Positions 22,639-27,024 of a stretch of 27,024 bases of DNA are shown one piece after another (the first letter of the stretch is position 1; every line of letters starts with the position of its first letter). The notes under the pieces are model-generated. The model was given only the letters and a program-made list of their open reading frames with translations, ran no database searches and was not told where the DNA came from. Where the stretch lies: assembly GCA_036676985.1 (NCBI GenBank), contig JAKFBU010000075.1, positions 1 through 27,024 on the forward strand, given 5' to 3'. Both the position numbers and the translations under genes were made by a program. The DNA comes from Candidatus Sericytochromatia bacterium (GTDB taxonomy: Bacteria; Cyanobacteriota; Sericytochromatia; S15B-MN24; UBA4093).

Positions 22639-24888
22639 GTGCTCCAGGACGTGAATCGCCTCAAGATGTTCCCCGATACCTTGGCCGCCTACCAAGGGCA
22701 TTCGATCTGCATCACGGGAGTCCATGGCCATCTACTCGAGGGGATCGAGGGCTTCTATCACCACAACACGCGCTTCTTGAGCCGCATGGCGGTGCGCATC
22801 GACGGGTGCGATCCGCTCTTCGTGTCCGCCAACCCCGTCGATGCCTACTCGTTCATCGCCTACTACCTGTGCCCGCATCCCGGCGGGCGGGAGGCCGGTC
22901 CCTTGGCCGACGACCCCGCGGACGACGGCGGCGAGATCGTCCGCAGCGGCATCGAGCTGCAGATCAACCGCTTCGTGGGCGACGGCATGCACCAGGACGT
23001 GTGCCTCACCAACCACGCCCTCGCCGAGGCCGTGGTGGAGCTCGCATGGGAGTTCGACGCCGACTACGCGGACCTCACGGAGGCCGTCACGGGGCAGCGG
23101 ACCCAGTTCGCCCCGGTCGACCGGGAGTGGCGGGACGACGGCCTGCACTTCACCTACCGGCACGAGACGCTGCGCCATGGGACGTTCGTTCGTTTCCTTC
23201 ATCCGCCCTCGCCCCCCGTTTACCGCGACGGCCGGGTCGTCCTCACCTTGCGCCTGCCGCCCCGCACGCCCGTCGCGTTCTGCCTCAGCATCCACCCCAT
23301 CTTCTGCGGGCGGCAGTCGGATCCCCTGTACGACTGCAACTCCTTCCGGTCGCACGACACGGCCTGGGACCGGGTCCGCGACGACTGGGCTCGGGACCTC
23401 GCGAGCCTCAAGACGGGCAACTCGAACGTCCAGGCGGCCTGGGACCGGGCGGTCTCGGACCTGGGCTCGCTCTTCATGTACGACGGGGCGGGCGACGAGC
23501 GGTACACACCCGCCGCAGGCGTCCCCATCTACCAGGCGCTCTTCGGGCGGGACAGCCTGACGACCGCATGGCAGTCCAGCCTCGTCAGCCCGCGCATGCT
23601 CAAGGGGACCCTCGAGACCATGGCCCGCTGGCTCGGCGATCGCACCGACGATCGCTTCGACGAGCAGCCAGGCCGGATCATCCACCAGCGCCAGCTCAAC
23701 CCCCTGTCCCTGCTCGGCAAGAACCCCTTCCTCCACTACTACGGCGACTACGCCGGCCCGGGCATGTTCCTCACGTGCATCGCCTGGTACTTCATGCAGA
23801 CAGGCGATCGCGAGTTCGTGCGGCGCCTCCTGGAGCCCATCGAGCGCGTGCTCGCGTGGATGGACCGGGACGGCGATCGCGACGGCGACGGCTTCTACGA
23901 GTACGCGACCCGGGCCGGTGCCTGGGGCACCAAGAACCAGGGATGGAAGGACTCGGGCGAGGCCATCCTCTACCCGGACGGCCGCTGCGTGCCGAACCCC
24001 ATCGCCTGCGTCGAGATCCAGGGCTACTGCTTCGTGGCCAAGCACCTCATCGGGCAGGTCTTCCTGGCCATGGGTCAGGTGGCCCGCGGAGTGGAGCTCT
24101 TGCGCGAGGCCGAGGACCTCAAGCGCCGCTTCAACACGGCCTACTGGTGGCCGGAGGAGGGCTTCTACGCGATCGCCCTCGATCCCGACAAGCGCCAGGT
24201 GCGCAGCGTGGCCTCGAACCCGGGCCACTGCCTCACTGCCGGCATCGTGGACCAGGACAAGGCGGCCGCGGTGGGCCGGCGCCTCATGGCGCCCGACATG
24301 TTCAGCGGCTGGGGCATCCGGACGCTGTCGAGCGAGCATCCCGCCTTCAATCCCTTCTGCTACCACCTGGGCTCCGTCTGGCCGCCCGAGAACGCCTCGA
24401 TCGCCCTCGGGCTCAAGCGCTATGGCCTCAACCCCCTGGTCCACGACCTCGCGCGCGGCCTCTTCGAGGCGACGGCCCTCTTCTACCTCGGTCGCCTGCC
24501 GGAGGCTATCGGCGGCCATCAGCGCGACGCCCTGCACCCTCACCCGGGCATCTACCCGCAGTCCAACGCCCCGCAGGCCTGGTCCTCCAGCGCGGTCGTC
24601 ATGCTCGTGCACGCGCTCATCGGCCTGAGGCCCTATGCCCCCCTCAACTCGCTGCTGATCGACCCGGACCTGCCGGACTGGCTGCCGGAGCTCACGCTCG
24701 AGAGCCTCCAGGTCGGCGCCTCCCGACTCAGCCTGCAGTTCCGGCGCGACGCCTCGGGCCACACGGACTACCGGGTCCTCGAGGCGTCCGGGAACCCTCG
24801 CGTGCTGCGCCAGCCGCCGGCCAACAGCCTCAGCGCGGGCCTGTTCGACCGGCTGGGGGATCTGGTCGAGACGCTGTTGCCGCACTGA
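22639..24888 (+). CDS. Amylo-alpha-1,6-glucosidase (glycogen debranching enzyme N-terminal domain + (alpha/alpha)6 catalytic domain)
   Basis: TRFLS, PAAGVPIYQALFGRDS, EQPGRIIH, NQGWKDS, YHLGSVWP, LPEAIGG, PQAWSS. GTG 22639 follows AAGGGGG; GTG 22615 is an alternative start. Confidence 0.9.
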   Translation: MLQDVNRLKMFPDTLAAYQGHSICITGVHGHLLEGIEGFYHHNTRFLSRMAVRIDGCDPLFVSANPVDAYSFIAYYLCPHPGGREAGPLADDPADDGGEIVRSGIELQINRFVGDGMHQDVCLTNHALAEAVVELAWEFDADYADLTEAVTGQRTQFAPVDREWRDDGLHFTYRHETLRHGTFVRFLHPPSPPVYRDGRVVLTLRLPPRTPVAFCLSIHPIFCGRQSDPLYDCNSFRSHDTAWDRVRDDWARDLASLKTGNSNVQAAWDRAVSDLGSLFMYDGAGDERYTPAAGVPIYQALFGRDSLTTAWQSSLVSPRMLKGTLETMARWLGDRTDDRFDEQPGRIIHQRQLNPLSLLGKNPFLHYYGDYAGPGMFLTCIAWYFMQTGDREFVRRLLEPIERVLAWMDRDGDRDGDGFYEYATRAGAWGTKNQGWKDSGEAILYPDGRCVPNPIACVEIQGYCFVAKHLIGQVFLAMGQVARGVELLREAEDLKRRFNTAYWWPEEGFYAIALDPDKRQVRSVASNPGHCLTAGIVDQDKAAAVGRRLMAPDMFSGWGIRTLSSEHPAFNPFCYHLGSVWPPENASIALGLKRYGLNPLVHDLARGLFEATALFYLGRLPEAIGGHQRDALHPHPGIYPQSNAPQAWSSSAVVMLVHALIGLRPYAPLNSLLIDPDLPDWLPELTLESLQVGASRLSLQFRRDASGHTDYRVLEASGNPRVLRQPPANSLSAGLFDRLGDLVETLLPH

Positions 24889-25039
24889 CGGAGGCCGGCG
24901 CCGTTTTCGGACCCAGCCGCAACATGACGCCGCACAACCTGGTATTCTGGTCGTAATCGGGCCGTGCCGGGCTCGCCCCATCAGACCGTCGCCCATGACT
25001 CGGAGTGAACCGAGCCACCCCGGAGAAGGAGTATCCGTC

Positions 25040-26230
25040 GTGTCGGAGCATCGCCCCCTACGCGTCCTCTGTATCGCCACCGCGCTCGTCGGGCGCCCGT
25101 TCATGTACAAGCTCAAGGAGATGGGCCACACGGTCGTCGTGATGACCTCCGCCAAGCGCCTGGACGAGGCATGGCCGCGCGACATCCTGGAGGACGTCTT
25201 CGCGGTGCCGGATCCGTTCGACTTCAAGACGGTCCGCGACGTCGTCAGCTACCTCAACCGCACCAAGAAGTTCGACCGCGTCGTGCCCATGGGCGACTTC
25301 GACGTCGAGATCGCGGCCATGCTGCGTGAGCACCTGCGCCTGCCCGGCATGGGCGAGACGACCATGCGTTACTTCCGCGACAAGCTCGCCATGCGCATGA
25401 AGACCCAGGAGGACGGCATCCCCGTGCCGGCCTTCACGGCGCTCTTCAACTACGACGACATCCACCAGTACCTCCGCACCGTCCCGGCGCCCTGGGTGCT
25501 CAAGCCCCGCCAGGAGGCCGCCTCCTTCGGCATCAAGAAGATCACGTCCGCCGAGCAGCTCTGGCAGGAGCTGGAGCAGCTCGGCGACAAGCAGTCGACC
25601 TACCTGCTCGAGCAGTACACGCCGGGTGACGTCTTCCACGTGGACTCGGTGGTCTCCGAGAAGGAGGTCGTGTTCGCGACCGCGTCGCGCTACGGCACGC
25701 CCATGCTCGACCTCAACACCACGGGGGGCCTCTACACCACCCGGCTCATCAAGCGCGGCACCGCGGACGAGAAGGCCCTCCAGGAGCTCAACCAGCAGGT
25801 CATCAAGAGCCTCGGCCTGGTGCGCGGCGTGACCCACATCGAGTACATCAAGAGCCGCGAGGACGGCCGGTTCTACTTCCTCGAGGCCGGCGCGCGCGTC
25901 GGCGCGGCCCGCATCCCGGATGTCATCTGGCATGCGACCGACCTGTGCCTCTGGCACGAATGGGCCAAGCTCGAGATCTCGCAGGGCAAGGAGCCCTACC
26001 AGCTCCCCAAGATCCGCAAGGACTACGCCGGCACCGTCATCACGCTGGCGCGCCAGGAGAACCCGGATCTGTCGGGCTACACCGACGAGGAGATCTGCTA
26101 CCGCCAGGCGCGCAAGCACCACGCGGGCCTCATCGTGAAGTCGCCCAAGCAGGAGCGCGTGGAGGACCTCTTGACCGAGTACGCCCAGCGCTTCACGCAG
26201 GACTTCGCCACCCACGTCGTCCGCGCGTAA
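25040..26230 (+). CDS. ATP-grasp carboxylate-amine ligase of unknown substrate
   Basis: FRDKLAMR, WVLKPRQEAASFGI, YLLEQY, HVDS, THIEY, FYFLEAGARVG. GTG 25040 after AAGGAG. A TGGTATTCT extended -10 lies at 24940-24948. Confidence 0.9.
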   Translation: MSEHRPLRVLCIATALVGRPFMYKLKEMGHTVVVMTSAKRLDEAWPRDILEDVFAVPDPFDFKTVRDVVSYLNRTKKFDRVVPMGDFDVEIAAMLREHLRLPGMGETTMRYFRDKLAMRMKTQEDGIPVPAFTALFNYDDIHQYLRTVPAPWVLKPRQEAASFGIKKITSAEQLWQELEQLGDKQSTYLLEQYTPGDVFHVDSVVSEKEVVFATASRYGTPMLDLNTTGGLYTTRLIKRGTADEKALQELNQQVIKSLGLVRGVTHIEYIKSREDGRFYFLEAGARVGAARIPDVIWHATDLCLWHEWAKLEISQGKEPYQLPKIRKDYAGTVITLARQENPDLSGYTDEEICYRQARKHHAGLIVKSPKQERVEDLLTEYAQRFTQDFATHVVRA

Positions 26231-26249
26231 CCCCCACCAGACCCTTTCG

Positions 26250-26286
26250 GCAGGAGCAAGGGCCTTGCCCCTTGCTCCTGCATTTT
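26250..26286 (+). terminator. Intrinsic terminator after the ATP-grasp gene
   Basis: GCAGGAGCAAGGG-N6-CCCTTGCTCCTGC followed by ATTTT. Confidence 0.7.
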
Positions 26287-26314
26287 GCACCAACCCTCGA
26301 CACAGGAGACACCA

Positions 26315-26716
26315 ATGTCCGACTACACGTCCCTCATCCGGTTGCGCATGGGCGAGCACGATGCCCACTATGCGGGCAGCCTCGTCGCGGGCGCCAAGAT
26401 GCTCGAGCTCTTCGGCGACGTGGCCACCGAGCTGCTGATCCAGCTCGACGGCGACGAGGGCCTCTTCGTGGCCTACAGCAACGTGGAGTTCCTCAAGCCG
26501 GTCTACGCGGGCGACTACATCGAGGCCACGGGCCGCATCGTCAAGGTGGGCAACACCTCGCGCACTATGGAGTTCGAGGCCAAGAAGGTCATCCGTCCTC
26601 TCAAGGGCGATGGCTACGCGGATTCCGCGGCCGAGCTGATGGCGGAGCCCGAGGTGGTGTGCCGCGCGACGGGCACCTGCGTCACGCCCAAGGACAAGCA
26701 GCGCGTCACGCGCTAA
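26315..26716 (+). CDS. kal: Hotdog-fold 3-aminobutyryl-CoA / beta-alanyl-CoA ammonia-lyase family protein
   Basis: [66 protein letters not shown] matches Kal/Acl. AGGAG SD + ATG 26315. Confidence 0.8.
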   Translation: MSDYTSLIRLRMGEHDAHYAGSLVAGAKMLELFGDVATELLIQLDGDEGLFVAYSNVEFLKPVYAGDYIEATGRIVKVGNTSRTMEFEAKKVIRPLKGDGYADSAAELMAEPEVVCRATGTCVTPKDKQRVTR

Positions 26717-26726
26717 CGACCCATCG

Positions 26727-26755
26727 GGGAGCGCCGGCCAGATGCCGGCGCTCCC
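26727..26755. repeat. REP-like hairpin (GGGAGCGCCGGCATC-type), probably also ends the kal transcript
   Basis: GGGAGCGCCGGC-CAGAT-GCCGGCGCTCCC, 12-bp perfect stem. Confidence 0.55.
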
Positions 26756-26779
26756 TGGCGTTTGGACCCGTTGTGTTAG

Positions 26780-26808
26780 TCGCCAATTCACCGTCCTGAC
26801 GGTATAAT
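26780..26808 (+). promoter_or_regulatory. Sigma70 promoter for gmd
   Basis: TCGCCA-N17-TATAAT, 51 nt upstream of ATG 26860. Confidence 0.65.
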
Positions 26809-26826
26809 GAGCCGTCGTGCCGATGA

Positions 26827-27024
<198 letters not shown>

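Noticed and set aside
24950-25039. Possible riboswitch in the ~85-nt leader of the ATP-grasp gene
   Set aside because: Only a short CTCGG/CCGAG hairpin is visible and I recognise no aptamer consensus. An Rfam/Infernal search would be needed.
20360-26791. Long alternative ORFs (701, 831, 716 and 577 aa)
   Set aside because: Antisense or alternate-frame shadows of egtB/egtD, the debranching enzyme and the ATP-grasp gene, as expected at high GC. They show no motifs.

Overview
High-GC bacterial window (about 70% GC by eye) with 24 supportable CDSs. I found no rRNA, tRNA, CRISPR array or transposase. From left to right it contains: (i) a tightly coupled minus-strand operon of at least 4 surface lipoproteins (IPT/TIG, NHL propeller and LamG cargo domains). 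All four share a post-lipobox strand followed by an xxxQA motif, three share an uncharacterised ~200-aa N-terminal domain, and the operon sits behind a SigB/SigF-type promoter. (ii) A divergent phosphodiester-glycosidase-like protein, an APC amino-acid permease, a Mesh1-like HD hydrolase, a TolB-like lipoprotein and a small helical lipoprotein. (iii) A LysM-GH19 muramidase with no signal peptide and a Q/P/Y-rich repeat N-terminus, a SigB/SigF-family sigma factor, a DnaQ-like exonuclease ending in a clamp-binding motif, and an orphan triple-PAS histidine kinase. (iv) A type III PKS plus FAD oxidoreductase, divergent from a methyltransferase plus an Egt1/OvoA-like egtB, with egtD convergent on them. 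(v) A glycogen-debranching enzyme, an ATP-grasp ligase, an orphan Kal-like hotdog lyase and the start of gmd. The lipoprotein style, the SigF-like sigma and the frequent GCGATCGC octamer suggest a non-photosynthetic relative of Cyanobacteria such as Sericytochromatia; this is inference only. The best candidates for an undescribed system are the QA-motif lipoprotein operon (possibly a protease-matured, strand-exchange surface filament or adhesin) and the PKS-thiohistidine gene cluster.
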